A DNA stretch of 64,000 nt from Camelus dromedarius (GCF_036321535.1 NC_087437.1:35590001-35654000), one strand, 5' to 3'. Positions 38,111 to 52,450 are shown, counted from the stretch's first letter. The notes: a model not told the origin generated them from the letters alone. Numbers and translations: made by a program.

Positions 38111-40649
38111 TGGGATTCCTATAATATGAGTGTTCATATGGTTGATGTTGTCCCAGTGATCTCTTAAACTTTCCTTATTTTTTTTAATTCTTTTTTTTTC
38201 TTTTTCAGTTCAACTTCAGTGAACTTTAGTCTTCTAGTTTTCTGATCCATTCCACTGTATCATCTTATCTACTGTTGATTCCTTCTAGTGTATATTTATT
38301 TTAGTTATTGTATTCTTCAGCTCTATTTGGTTCTTCTTTATATTTTCTCTTTGTTAAACTTGTCACTGTGGTTGTCCATTCTTCTCTTGAATTCTTTGAG
38401 CACATTTATGATCATTACCCTAAACTCTTTACCTGGTAGATTGCTCATCTCCACTTCCCTTAATTGTTTTTCTAGGGTTTTATCTTGTTCCTTTGTTTGG
38501 AACTTAGTCCTCTGCCACCTCAGTGGGGCTATGAATTAGATTACTTGCCTGTGTGTGGTCAGAAAAGCAGCTCTAAAGCCTTTGTTGTCTTAACTCAAGC
38601 TGATCCATACCCCAAGCTTCCAGGACGCTGGAAACCATCAGCTCTGCCTGCCCTTCTCTAGGCTCAAGCACTGCTGGACTGCAACAGCTTCCAGGAGTTG
38701 TTGACAACCCTTCTGGTCAGATGTGACCAGAAGACACTCTCCACAGCAGGTTGGGCTATGTCTCAGTTCTTTTGCTTGGGCAGGAGGAGGAGGAGGATCC
38801 ACTCCAAACTACTCTCAATTTCCCAAATTGGCTCTTTTTGGGAGGGGCCAGGAGCTACTCTCAGCCTTGGCTATGAATTAATCCCCCTGCCTGTGCATAG
38901 CATGGGAACCCTTTATGCCCAGTTTTGGCTTTGCTCTGGGGGTGATTAGTTCTGCCTGCCAACCTCTGGGCTGTAGCACCACTGGGCCACAAATCATCCA
39001 GGAATTATTGCCTGCCTTTTTGGTTTGGTCTGGAGGGGCCAGAAGACCCTCTCCACAGTGGCAAGGCTATAACTACTCATTGCCTAGGCATGGGCAAATT
39101 GGGCTTTAGGGCTGGAAAAACTCCTTGTTTGAGGATCCAGATCAGGGAGATCTACACCCTGCTGAGATCACTGGTCAGAGTATTCTCCAAACATGGTTCT
39201 GCTGATGAGCAAAGCTACTGGCTGTGATTACTATTTGGGAACTGCAGATAGGCATTTAGTCTGCCAACATCCATGTGGTTATTGCAAGCCCCTCTCCCCT
39301 TCTCTGTCAGAGTCTGATTCTGTGTAGTGCAAGATCCAAATAGGAGCTCCCACAAAGTGACCTCAGTGCTGGGAGAGAGCTGGTTGTCTTCCTGGGTTCT
39401 CTTTTCCCACTGGAGGGACTGGAGTCTCAGGGGAGACTTCTCTGTGTGATGCTATGCTGGCCAGGAGGAGGGATAGATAATGTGGTCAATGTGCAGCCAC
39501 TTCTCTTACCTTCTCATGCAATCTGTCTTGATCACTGAGGTGCAGGGAGGTGCTTCAGCTTCATCCTCATGTTCCAGAATTCTCTCAGTGTTATCTTGTT
39601 GTTGAATAGTTGTTAGTTCTTCTTTTGATGTGGGAGCAAAGTCAGGAATGACCTATTTCATCATCTTGCTGACCTGATTTTTCACTTGTACATTTTTTTG
39701 GCAGGAAGTGTAGGCTCCATAAATATTTCTTGAGTGGATACAATTGTTATATACCTATTATATCAGGAAAAAGATAAATCTCAGTCTCTAACTATGGTAG
39801 ATGTTTCAGAAAGTTTTCCTGTAGTTACTGTCTTGTGTGCTGTTGATTGTGAAGTTGTAGCAAGGCCTTTCATATAGCAGCTCTTTCTTATATAAGTGGA
39901 AAGGTGGAACAGAGAAAAAAAAAATTCTCTAAAATAACCATTCCAGATCTCAGTATCAAAAACTAAACAAAACAAAAACTCAAGAACTTATAAATTATTA
40001 AGGGATTGTACTTTGTGTTTATGGAGCATGTTTCATCTCAGGGACTCCCTGTGCTTTTGGAGAATCAATTCCTTTATCTTGACAACATTTTGGAGGTGGA
40101 GAGGGGGTAGTATTATTTTGCTGATGGAAAAAATGGGGCTCAGTGGGGTTAAATGATTTCCTTGGGGTCAAACAGTGTTCATTCTGTGTTTGTTATTTGT
40201 TTAGAAGTTGCTTCTGAAAAGCATTGCTGCTCTACTGTAGAGAAGCTTTTAGATAACCGTGGATCAGAACTTTGTCCCTGGGATTTCCTATTTATTGGAA
40301 AAGTTAGGATGCTAGTTATGGGTTAGCTGGGCATTTTGCCTGCTTCATCTTAATGAAGGTTTGATTTAGCAGAGGGTCAGAAACTAGAACAATTTTGATT
40401 CTCTGACCCTGATCCCTTTTATCTTTATCCTCTCTCGTTACAGCTGGAGCTCTTCTCCCTCCAACCTAAACCCCCTTGTGTAAGCTGCTATAGAGATTTT
40501 TCTAGATAAAATTTGAGTTTTAAAATGATTGCCCATAAGTACGTTCTAAATGCTTTTTTGTTAGATGCTATTTCAAAGTGAGATTATTTCTCAACTTTAA
40601 ACACTTCACTGCTAAAGCAGATACTATTTTGGGGGCTTGTGTTCTAAAA

Positions 40650-42325
40650 TTTTTAAAGAATTTATTAAAAATATTTAATGAAATATAGCTGACATACAAT
40701 ATTATGTTAGTTTCAAGTGTACTACATAACTGTTTCACATTTATATACATTATGAAATGCTCACCACCATAAGTCTAACAACCATTTGTCACTATACAAA
40801 GTTATTATAATATTACTAATCATATTCCTTAGGCTGTATATTGCATCCCTGAGGTTTATTTCTTTTATGACTGAAGGTTTGTAACACTTAATCCCCTTTA
40901 CCTATTTCACCAAATGCCCATCCACTCTCCTCTGGCAACTATATCCATTGTTTTCTGTATCTGTGAGTCTGTTTTCATTTTGTTTTGTTTTTAGATTTTA
41001 CATATAAGCAAGATCATGAGATATTTGTCACTCTGTCTGACTCTCTACTTAGGTTAATACCCTTTAGATCCATCCATGTTGTTGTAAGTGGCAAAAGATC
41101 ATTCCTTTTTATGAGTAATATCCCATATTGTATTTATGTATGCATATATTATAAATATGTATGTATGTATGTATATATATAAAATGTGTGTGTGTGTGTG
41201 TATACCCATTCATCTGTTGATAGACACTTAGGTTACTTCCATGTCTTGGCTACTATAAATAACACTGCAGTGAACACTGGAATGCATGTATCTTTTCAAA
41301 TTTTTTAATTTTCCTTTGGTAAATTCCTAGAAGTAGAATTGCTGAATCATATTGTAGTTTTCTTTTTAATTTTTTAAGGACTCTCCATACTGTTTTCTAT
41401 AGTGACTGCACCAATTTACCATCCTACCAACAGTCACTAGTGTTTCCTTTTCTCCAGATCCTCACTAGTTAGTATCTGTTATTTGTTGTCTTTTTGATGA
41501 TAGCCATTCTGACAGATTTGAAGTGATTGTGGGTTTTCATTTCTCTGATGATTAGTGATGTTGACTATCTTTTCATGTTTCTTTTGGCCATTCTTATGTC
41601 TTCTTTGGAAAAATGCCTATTAAGAGCCTCTGACAATTTTTAGCTGAGTTGTTTTGTTTTGTTTCGTTTTGTTTTTTGATACTGAGTTGTGTGAGTTCTT
41701 TATATGTTTTGGATATCCTTATCAGATGTATGCTTTGAAAATACCTTCTCACATTCAGTAGACGGCCTTTTTATTTTGTTGATAGTTACTTTCAGTATGC
41801 AAAAGTTTTTTAGTTTGATGTGGTACTGTTAATTTTTGCAAGGAAAACTGCCTAAGGAAACATAGCTAAAAAAATATTGCCAAGATCAATGTCAAAGAGC
41901 TCACTGCCTGTGTTTTCTTCTAGGAGCTTTATGGTTTCAGGTCTTATATTTAAGTCTTTAATCCCTTTTGATTTTCTTTTTGTATATGGTATGAGAAGGT
42001 AGCTTTTGCATGTAGCTGTCCACTTTCCCAATACCATTTATTGAAGAGACTCTTTTTCCCATTGTCTACTGTTGCCTCACTTTGTCATAGATTAATTGAC
42101 CATAAAAGTTTGGGTTCATTTCTAGGCCTTCTATTCTGTTGATCTGTGTGTCTGTTTTCGTGCCAGTACTTATTGATTTTCTGTCTGGATGATCTGTCCG
42201 TTGATGTAAGTGGGGTGTTAACGTTCCTTACTATTATTGTGTTACTGTCATTTTCTCTCCCATGTGCCCCTGAAAGAAGGTGAGCTCAGGGCCTTCCTCC
42301 TCTGCCATTTTGACCAAATCTCTCA
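40650..42325 (-). mobile_element. LINE-1 with 3' UTR, ORF2 C-terminus, a short endonuclease fragment and an apparent 5' terminus
   Basis: ORF 41852-42037 ([17 protein letters not shown]). 42170-42260 is endonuclease-region text, and 42265-42320 resembles the L1 5' end. Confidence 0.85.
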
Positions 42326-42489
42326 AGTGAATATTACTGATAGCTGAAAAAAATCTCACATGATAATCCATTTTCCCCACACTCATCTAATGATATATTT
42401 AAATTCAATAAATTTTACTTTGAAATGCTGAATCGTTATTCTGTGTAGAAACAGTTCCATCAATTATGGCAATGAGAAATACTGATACC

Positions 42490-42900
42490 TGGCTTTATGC
42501 TATAAACAATGATGTCGTACACATAATTTCACTTGTTTCTCCCAACAGTCTTGGGAAATGAGCATCATCTCCATTTATAGGTGAAGAAAGTAAGTCTCAG
42601 AGACTTGGGCAGTCTTACATAGAGAACAAATAGTAGAGCTAGAATTTGAACCCTAGTTTTTTGGACTTAGTGTCTTCAGTATCATCATTAGCATCATCAG
42701 AGCAACAGCAATACCAAAATCTTTTGGGTAGTTACAAGTCTTTCATTTGTCGTAAGTACTTTGCTAACATTATCCATTAATTCTCACCTACCTTTAAAAA
42801 AAAATGGATGCTATTTATTACATGCTAACTATGTGCCTGACACCTGACATATAAACTTTTATTTAACCTTAACAATAACCCCAGGAAACTGAAATCAGAC
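42490..42900 (-). mobile_element. MIR fragments
   Basis: 'ctccatttataggtgaagaaagtaagtctcagaga...gtagagctagaatttgaaccc'. Confidence 0.7.
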
Positions 42901-43489
42901 AGATAACTATGTGTCTTTAGATAAGTTAGGTAAAGCAGATTATCTGTAATTTCATATATAAGTCCTTGACCCAAGAGTGCTATATGAAGAGAGAAAGTGT
43001 GTATCTCTCAGGCGTGGCTATTAAGGGGATGAAGTCATTAATAGACCTGGAGCAGTGTTAGGCTGTAGAGACTATAAGTTCCCTGAACTGAGTGAAAAAT
43101 GGAGCAACATCACTAGCTCTGTTTTTACCTCATTTATTGTAAACTGTGGAACTCAGTTCTGAAAGCAGTAATTGGTATCGAAATACCAAGGGATAGGAAC
43201 TTCCTTGTTGAGGACTTTTATATTAACTCTTAAGGAATGCAGTTGTAATGGAATTTTAAGCATCAGTACTAAAATAAAGAAAAGAAAGTTCATGGTGTGA
43301 TTTCTGATATAATTTAATCATACTTGGCTGTGAGAAGGAAGTAAATGCCTTCTACCTTTACGGAATGCTGAGACACCTCATGATAATTCATATGAATAAT
43401 TACAAACAAGTGATTCTTTAAAAGAACGTCATGACCATAAAGTGTGAAATTAAAAAAAAAATTAACCCCTAATGAAGGAACATGTATAA

Positions 43490-46265
43490 ATAGTGGCTAT
43501 ATAGATCCATAAATTTTTAACAAAATACTAACAAATTGAATATAGCCACATAAAAAGGGTTTTAGAATATGACCGAGTGGGATTTATCACAGGGATACAA
43601 GGTTGGATTAACATCCAAAAAATCATTTGATGTAGTACATCATATCAATAAAGCACAAAAATCAATAGATGCAAAAAAGTTTGAAAAAATCCAACGTTAT
43701 TTCATGATTAAAAACATATTCAAGGAACTAAGAAGAGAAGAGAATTCTCAACCGAATAGGGTACATCTATGAAAAAATCCATAATTAATAGCACACTTAA
43801 TGGTGAAAAAGGCTCAATACTTTTCCCTAAAATTAGGAACAAGAAAAGGATATTCACTCTTGTCACTTTCATTCAGCATTGTACTGAAGGTCCAAGCTAG
43901 GGCAATTAGATAAGACAAAGAATTAAAAGCAACTAGATTACAGTGGAAGAAATAAAACTATCTATTTTTGATTTGAAGATGATACAGCTTGCCAACATGA
44001 TTTTGTACATAGAAAATCCTAAGTTCACTAAAAAGATATTAGAACTAAGACATGAGTTCAGCAAAATCTCAAGGCACGATATCAATATACAAAAATCACT
44101 TGTATTTATATATGTTATATAAAAATGAGCAATCTGAATATAAAAGTTATTCCATTTTTTCTTAGCATCAAAAATAATAAAATAATTAGGAATAAATTTA
44201 ACAAAAGTAGTGCTATTCTTGTGCTCTGAAAACTATAAAACTGTTGACAGAAATTAAAGAACTAAGTAAAATAGAAAGACATTTGTGTTTATGATTTCAA
44301 GATAGTATTGTTAAGATGGGAATTTAGTGGGCTAAATTGTGGTGCCCTCAAGAGATGTGTCCTCTTTCTAATTTCCGGAACCTCTGAATGTTACCTTACT
44401 CAGAAAAGGGGTCTTCACACATATAATTAAAGATCTTGATATATGTTCTTAGATATATGCTCTTAGGCTGAAAGAGACTTGATATAGACAGAAGAAGAGA
44501 CAATGTGACCTTAGAAGCAGAGATTGTAGTGATGTGGCCACAGGTCAAGGAATGCCAGTAGCTGCCAGTAGCTGAAAGAGACAAAGCACAGATTATTCCA
44601 TGAGCCTCCAGAGAGAGTGTAACCCTGTTGACACTTTGTTTTAGAATTCTGGCCTTCAGAACTGTGAGAGATTCAATTTTTATAGTTTCAAGCCACCGAG
44701 TTTGTGTTGATTTGTTACAGCAGAAACAGCAAGTGAATGCATACCGGAAGTTTATTTACAGATTCAACACCATCCCTGTTAAAACCCCAGTTGGCTTTTT
44801 GGCAGAAATTGAAAAGCTGATTCTAAAACTCATATGAAAATGCAAGAGACTCAGAATAATCAAAACAATCTTAAAAAAAGAACAAAGTTGGAAGACTCAC
44901 ATTTCTTTCTCTTTTTTTTTCTCACATTTCTTGATTTCAGTATTAACTACAAATCTGTAGTACTCAAGACAGTATGGTACTAAATAAGGATAGAGATACA
45001 GAACAGTGGACTAGAATTGAGAGTCCAGAAATAAACTCTGACATTTATGGTCAATTGATTTTAGACAAAGTTTCCAAAGTGATTCAGAGAAAGAATAATC
45101 TTTTTAAAAAATGATGCTGGTACAACTGAATATCCACATGTAGAAAGTGAATTTGTACCCCTGCATCATACCATGTGCAAAAACTTATTCAAAATGGATC
45201 ATGGACTAAGTGTAAGATTTAAAACTATACTATCTTTTGAAGAAAACCTAAGAGTAAATGTTTGTGACTGTGGATTATGTCATGGCTTCTTAGCTGTGAC
45301 ATCAAGACATAAGTGACAAAAAAAAAAAAAAAAAAAAGAATTGGGCTTCATCAAAATTAAAGCTCCTGTGCTTCAAAGGACACCATCAAGAAAGAGAGAA
45401 AGACAGATTCCGGAATGGTAGAAAATACTGTTAATTCATACATCTAATAAAGTACTGGTATCTAGAATACATAAAGAACAGAACACTTGTAAAATAATAA
45501 TGTAAGACAAATAACCTAATTAAAACATAGGCAAAGCCTCTGAATTGAATTTCTCCAAAGAATGGGCAATAAGCATATAAAATGATGTTCAGCATCATTA
45601 GTCATTAGGGAAATATAAATGAAAATCACAAGATACCACTTTATACTGTCATGTCTAGAATCAAAAAGGCAGGCAGTAACAAGTGTTGGTGAGGACATGG
45701 GGGAATTGGAATCTATATACAATTGCTGGTGGGAATGTAAAATGGAATACTCACTGTGGGGAAAAAAATTTAGCAGTTCTCAAAAGTTAAATATAGAGTT
45801 ACCATATGACCCAGAAATTCCACTCCTGGATATATACCCAAGAGAATTGAAAACATTTGTTTATATAAAAACTTTCACATGACTGTTCATGGCAACATTA
45901 TTCATAACAACCCCTATGGAAACAACCCAGATGACTATCAATCAGCGAATAAACAAAATGTGATATATCCTTATAGTGGAATATAATTTGGACACAAAAT
46001 AGGTGATCTTTGAAAATGTTACGCCAAAGGAAAGAAATCAGTTACAAAAGACCACATATCACGTGATTTTATTTATATGTAATGTTCAGCATAGACAAAT
46101 CTATAAAGACAAAGTAGTTTAGTGATTACTTAAGGCTAAGGGGTGGGAGTGAAGTTTAGGGGAAATGGGAAGTGAATGCTAATCTGTATGGGGCTTCTTT
46201 TTGGAGTTACAAAAATGTTCTAAAATTGTTTTTTAAAATCACACAACGGTAATTATAACCAAAAC
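43490..46265 (+). mobile_element. LINE-1 (L1MB-like) ORF2 plus 3' UTR, interrupted by an MLT1 LTR
   Basis: ORF remnants SIDAKKFEKIQ (43569-43772), YRFNTIPVKTP (end of 44628-44837) and CWWECK...LPYDPEIPLLDIYP (45619-45882, cysteine-rich C-terminus). Confidence 0.92.
44323..44741 (+). mobile_element. MaLR solo LTR (MLT1C-like) nested in L1
   Basis: 'tagtgggctaaattgtggtgccc...ccggaacctctgaatgttacctta...tggccttcagaactgtgaga...ttgttacagcag'. Confidence 0.9.
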
Positions 46266-46319
46266 CTAATACTAGCCCCTTCTAAGAAATCATCCTTGGT
46301 AGATCACCCAACCTTTTAT

Positions 46320-46650
46320 CTTTTTAATTTTTAAATTTGTTTTGTATTTATTGAAATATAGTCAGTTACAATGTATCAATCTCTGGTGTACAGCATAATT
46401 TCCCAGTCATGCGTATACATACATATATTTGTTTTCATATTCTTTTTCATTATAGGTTACTACAAGATATTGAATATAGTTCCCTGTGCTATAAAGAAGA
46501 AAAAATTTTAAATCTATTTTATATTTAGTAGTTAATATTAGCAATTCTCAAACTCCCAATTTATCCCTTCCCACCCCCTTTCTTCCTGGTAACCATAGGT
46601 TTGTTTACTGTGTCTCTGAGTCTGTTTCTGTTTTGTAGTATCTTTTTTTT
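46320..46650 (-). mobile_element. Short L1 3' terminal fragment (younger lineage)
   Basis: 'attgaaatatagtcagttacaatgt...tataggttactacaagatattgaatatagttccctgtgctata'. Same family as the fragments at about 50.4 and 53.4 kb. Confidence 0.85.
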
Positions 46651-47899
46651 GTTTACAGTTATCAAGAAAAAGGCTACTGTAAAAAAAAAAAGTAAAAAAA
46701 GAAAGAGGTTACTGTTTTAGTTGAATTTGGGTACAGAACCTCAAAGATACATAGGTTATTATCATAGGTTAGTAAAGCAAAGAGAATTTCAAGACAGACC
46801 TATAAATCAAATTTTCTTTATCAGTTTTCATATATATATGTATATATGCCTCTGTGTGTGTATCTTTCTGTGTGTATTTTAAACTGACAAGTACATTAAG
46901 TAGTAACTAGATATGACACACTTTGGTTACAGTTTCTTGTTTCTCTAATGAAGTTTCTCTCTGTGGAACTGTTTCAGAGTTTGAGAAGAAGACTCAAGAA
47001 TGCTTCTTCTATCTTCACTTCCATTATATCTTAAGAGGAGAGTCCAAGGTCAAGGATATGTAAATATGGCTTGGTCCTTCCTCACCCTATAGTACCCAAA
47101 TGATGGACAGCTGTGATGTCTAATTATAACTTTATCATTCATATCAAGGTACTTTGTATGGGCTTCTAGTCTCTAACAGAGCAATTACAAAGTAAAAGTA
47201 AGCAACAATTCTCATGACATCATACAAGATAAAGACTAGAGAACAGAAGATCTGTTTGGTTCCCTATTTTGTTAAAACGTGTGGAATATATCTTGCTTCA
47301 GTGGAACAGTCTAACTTTTTCTGTACCAGGCTCTCCTAGTTTCAATATAGTAAATCCACAAGATTCATAGATGAAGGAAATACTGTTCAGAGACTTGCCC
47401 ACTAGTCCTTAGAGGAGCTACTTTATCTGTTCCTAGGAACACTAACACCCAATGGACTCCATGTCATGCCTTGTTACACTCCTGAGAGAGAACATATTTT
47501 CAATATCAAGAACCTGGGGATCAGTCCCATGAATAAATCCTTGATTAATCCATGTCCTAAATCACATGATCCCAGAAAAACCTGAATTGACCTCACATTC
47601 TGTGTGCTAAAATCGCTGGCTTCCATAGAAACATAGTTTCAACTTATAATAGATTTGCTTCTGCTCCTTACTCTCTTTTTACAACCTCTGTCCAATACAC
47701 ACACACCATATGCTCACATATTTGCCTGCACATATATCTATGAAAGACTGATTGTTTATTTTCAGGTTTTGGGTTTTTTTTTTTTTTTGATTACCAGATT
47801 GCTATACTTGCCACGGCACTAACATCTAAAACCTACAGAGAATTTTGGGATCTGCACTGAAGCTACCAGACTACTAAGCTTGAGTGTCACTTGTCCTCC

Positions 47900-48960
47900 A
47901 AGAAACTGTCAGGACAAGTCATCTGGTCTCTTACCTATATTTTCCTTAGCTAACTCCTAAAGTGCAAAGCAGCCATTCCCATGTTCTAGTAATTTGATAG
48001 CTCCTGTTGCTGTCAGCCAAAACACCTGCACAAGTCCTCCCTCACCTTCTAAACTTTGACCATACCTTCTCTGCAGCACGCTGATGCTTAGATCTTCTCT
48101 CTATCCATCTGCCCTTTCCTTTCTGCATTGACCTAGCTCATGTTCATAATGTTGATCAATTCATTCCTGATAACACCCTGAATTCCCTAGCTTTCTGTCC
48201 TTTTGTTTTACCCTCTCAGAAGAAATAAGTGCTCAAGGAACCCAGTGATGGATCATTTCTGTATCTGCACTCTTATTAACATGCAAAGTCTGAATCAGGA
48301 GATCTGAGGTGGGACTGAACTTCTTTATTTTAACCACTTCCCAGGTGGGGTCACAGAACACACATGGAGTTGCAGGGCTGTAGGTGAGCACTTTTGAAAA
48401 GACTCGAATAGGATCAATTGGTACAACTATCAAGTCATTCTGCTCCTCAGTTGAGCCTACATCACTGCCTGACCTCTGTTATCTTTGTAGAAACTCACCT
48501 TTCTAGCATTCTGCATATGTTATTTAAAACTTCTTCACAATCCCTTCTCTGTTTCTATTTTTGTATTCTTCCTGTACCCCCTAAAAGAGTGGTCCTCAAC
48601 TTTGTTGTGCTTTAGAATCGCCTGGAGAAATTTTTAAAAATCCAGTATCTATCACAATTCAGAACACAACAACAACAAAACCAGCATATCCAAGATAAAT
48701 GTAGTTTTAAAAACTCACCTGGTGATTCCAAAGTTGCAGTCTGGTCTGAGATTCTCTGATTTAGAGTATAATCAACTTCCATCCACCAAATATTAAAATT
48801 ACATGCAACCACACTCATGCTTAAATTCCTTCCTGTCTATTAAGGCCAGTTTCTCCATGTATGCTCTCATTCATATTCCCTCCCACTTTCTCAGCAGTCA
48901 TATTAATCATTTATTAAACATTGCTAGGTATCTACCATCTTGAAATATGTGAACAAACAA
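47900..48960 (+). mobile_element. L2 remnants with two nested MER5-like DNA elements (about 48235-48400 and 48587-48760)
   Basis: 'ctgaatcaggagatctgaggtggg...ttttaaccacttcccaggtg' and 'agtggtcctcaactt...ttagaatcgcctggagaa...ctggtgattcc'. Confidence 0.65.
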
Positions 48961-50364
48961 AACTTTTAATGTGGTAACTATTTATGATTAGAAAATTTTC
49001 TTGAAACATTTTAAATCAGTTAGAGATGAGTCAATTTTGTTTTAGTTGATTATGACCTTATAATGATTTTATTAAAATGACAAAAAAAAAACATTAGAGT
49101 AACCTAATCTTGAATTGAAAGTTGCATTTTTCATTTGGTGGCTTGGCACTGGGTAGATAAATTCTGTGGGTTGGATGTATTTATTTTCAATGATGTTGAG
49201 TAGCTCAGCCTGGTTTTCATTGTGTAGTGACCGTTGTAGCATTCACTGTAGATAATGACACTCATACTATTTTTAGCACACCTTTACATCCCTTGTATCT
49301 CTCTATTTGGATTTACTGGAGGGAAGAGTAGGTTAGACACTTAGAGTCAACTAACTTTCTTTATAGAAGTCCTTTATGTTATATAAGACAGAACTCATAG
49401 TGCATAGGTTGGAGAATGTTCAGAAAAGAGCAGTATCTTTCTGTATCTATTAAATTCTATTTCTCCATCTATTTTTACAGAGAGAAAGAGAATTTCAGAA
49501 AGCAACATGCCATTTAAATGCCACCAGATATTTAGAGTTTTTGCAGATATGCAGGACTTTTTTTTTTTTCAGTAAGATTATTCATTTTAGAATGAAGTAT
49601 GTAAGTGCCCAAAGATGAGTTTGTCTACATAAACAGAAAATCTGCAAGGACTGAGGTTCTTCCTTAAAGTAGCTTTACCTTTCAGCATCAGCTGGGGTCT
49701 TTCTTAACATGAGAAAGAGAAGCTTAAGAAAAGAAGCTGGGTATTACTCTCCTAGATTCTTGAAATAGAACCTGTGTTAAACTGGCTAAGAAAGGCCACC
49801 ATTTTGCCCAAGCAATTTAACCAAACTCAGGGGAAAACAAAAACTTTTAAAGGAGACTATCCAATACTAGGACATCTCATGGTGGCAGCATATTCCCCAC
49901 TCCCAGCAAACTCTGCATTCATGGCCTTGAACTTACAAAAATTTAAATTGCCTCTGCTTCTGATTGCAGAGGAGCCTCTAATGAATTTAAGTGAACAACG
50001 AGGGGAGTCAGTGATAATCTACCCACACTAGTTCTGGGCAAGTGCCAGCTCTGAATAAACTCTTATTCAAGAATAAATAACAGTAACCTTCTATGTGGAG
50101 CCTATTCAAAGTAACTGCAGCACAAATGGAGACAGACATAGCATTCAAGAGAGAGAAGAAGAGCATAATTTGAAAAAAACAGTTTTTTCCCCCACAGGAG
50201 CCAGGAGTAAGCTTCAGAGTGAGTTTGTGCTCATAAGAAAATGAACTGAAATGTATTTTGTAAAGTGATGTAATAGATGATATAACAAGAAAGTAGTCTG
50301 AGATACAAGAAAGCAGGCTCATAGAAAAGAGTGGGAAAAAGACAAAGAAGAAAATATCTAAAAA

Positions 50365-52125
50365 GAAATTTCTTCTGTATAGCACAGGAAACTATGTTCA
50401 ATATCTTGTAATAATCTTTAATGAAAAAGAATATGAAAACAAACATATGCGTGTGTATGTATATATATATATATGTCTATATATGCATGACTTGGACATG
50501 CTGGAGGTATCACACGTTCTGATTTCAAACTATATTACAAACCTATAATAATCAAAACAGTGTGGTACTGGCATAAAAACTGACACATAGACCAATGGGA
50601 CAGAATCCCAGAAATGAATCCTCTCATATATATGGTTAACTGATCTTTGCCAATGGCACAAAGAAGACATAGTGAGGAAAGGATAGTTGTTGATAATTTC
50701 TACAGTAAGTTGTGTTGGAAAAACTGGGTATCTATATGCTAAAGAATGAAACTGGATCTCTATCTTAGACCACTCACAAAAAATAACCCCAAATGTATCA
50801 AAGACTTAAATGTAATATTTAAAATCATAAAATTCATAGAAGTATGCACAGGAAAAAAAGGCCCTTTGATATTAATCTTGACAATGATTTTTTTTTGAAA
50901 TGACATGAAAATCACTAGTGACAAAAGAAAAAATAGGTAGAATGACAAAAAAATAAAAATATTCTGGACAGCAAAGGAAACAATCAAGAAAATGAAAAGG
51001 TAACCTGTGGAATGGGAGAAAATTTTTGCAAACCATATATCTTATAAGGGATTAGTGGCTACAAATATAAAGAACACATACAACTCACTATTAAAAAAAA
51101 AAAACCCACAAATGATTTGATTTAAAAATGGGTAAAGACCTGAATAGACATTTTCCCGAAGAACACTTCCAAATGGCCAACAGATACATCAAGATGTGCT
51201 CACCATCGCCAATCATCAGGGACGTGCAGATCAAAATCACTGAGTTATCACCTCACACCAGTCAGGTTGGCTATTGTCAAAAAAACAAGAGATAACAAAT
51301 GTTGGCAAGGATATGGGAGAAAAAGGAACCCTTGTACACTGTTGTTGAAAATATGAATTGGTGCAGCCACTATGGAAAGCAATATGGAGGTTTCTCAAAA
51401 AACTAAAAATAGAACTGCCATGTGATACAGTAATTCTACTTTTGGATATATATTCAAAGGAAATGAAATTAGTAGATATTTTTACTCACTGAACATTATT
51501 CACAGTAGCCAAGACATGGGAAAAAATCAGATGCCTGTCCATGGATATGGATTTTAAAAATGTATTAGACATATACACACACACACGGATATCATTTAGC
51601 CTTAAAAAAGAAAGAAATCCTGACATTTGAGACAACATTGATGAAGTGGATGAATCTGGAGGGTATTATGCTGAGTAAAATAATCCAGACAAAGATAAAC
51701 AAAATACTTCATATAGTATCACTTCTGTGGTGTCTTAAAAAAGTTAACTAATGGCAACAAAAAGTGGAATGGTGGTGCCAGGAGTTGGGATTGGGGGGAA
51801 ATGAAGAGATAGAGGTCAAAGTCTACAAACTTTAAGTTATAAAATGAATAAATTCTAAGGATCTAATGCACAACACAATGACTACAGTTAAAAATACTGT
51901 ATTGTGTACTCAGAATTTGCTGAGAGTAAATCTTAAGCATTCTCACCACAAAAATTTTTGAAAAGGGTGACTGTGTGAGGTGATGGATGTGTTACTTAGC
52001 TTGATTGTGGGAATCATTTCATGATAAATACAAATATCAACTCATCACGTTGTACACTTTAAATATATACAATTTTGTTTGTCAAATATATGTCAGTAAG
52101 CCTGGGGGGAAAAGACAAAAAAAAA
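50365..52125 (+). mobile_element. Short young L1 3' fragment (50365-50497) abutting an L1MA-like ORF2 C-terminus and 3' UTR with A-rich tail
   Basis: 'atcaaaacagtgtggtactggcataaaaac', 'cactgttgttgaaaatatgaattggtgcagccactatggaa', and an A-tail at about 52110-52128. Confidence 0.92.
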
Positions 52126-52199
52126 AAATCCTTTTAAAATCTTCAAAGAAATAGAATGATTTGGCTCAAGTAGATGAATTGAAGAGGGTTGAGTGAGCC

Positions 52200-52450
52200 C
52201 CAGAGAACCCATGACTTGGGTGGTAGGCATGGGAAGAGGGACTGTTAAAAAAGAATGAAAGAAGCAGCTAGAGCTATCATAGGAAATGTGAGGAGGGAAT
52301 GCTGCTGTAGAAGCCACAATAATAAAACAGTTCAAGAATGACAACAGGTTGAGCCATGTCAAATCCTGCAGAGAGGTCAAGAAAGATGAGAATTTTCAAG
52401 AGGCCTTTGGATTGCCAAGAAAGAAGCCATTAGTGTATTCTGTATGCTTG
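52200..52450 (-). mobile_element. L2 fragment
   Basis: 'gtcaaatcctgcagagaggtcaagaaagatgag...cctttggattg'. Confidence 0.65.

Larger units (their letters stand above)
34335..39680 (-). mobile_element. Composite LINE-1 locus: 3' end plus ORF2 piece (34335-36290), further L1 3' segments (about 34980-35190 and 36290-37225), and ORF1/5' UTR (37226-39680)
   Basis: Antisense L1 3' UTR, ORF2 text, the ORF1 motif IIGIPE (ORF 37952-38137) and a 5' terminus 'catcttgctgacc' at about 39662-39675. Confidence 0.88.

Noticed and set aside
40373..40410. Hairpin agggtcaga...tctgaccct as a pre-miRNA
   Set aside because: Only 9 perfect base pairs, and the inner region pairs poorly.
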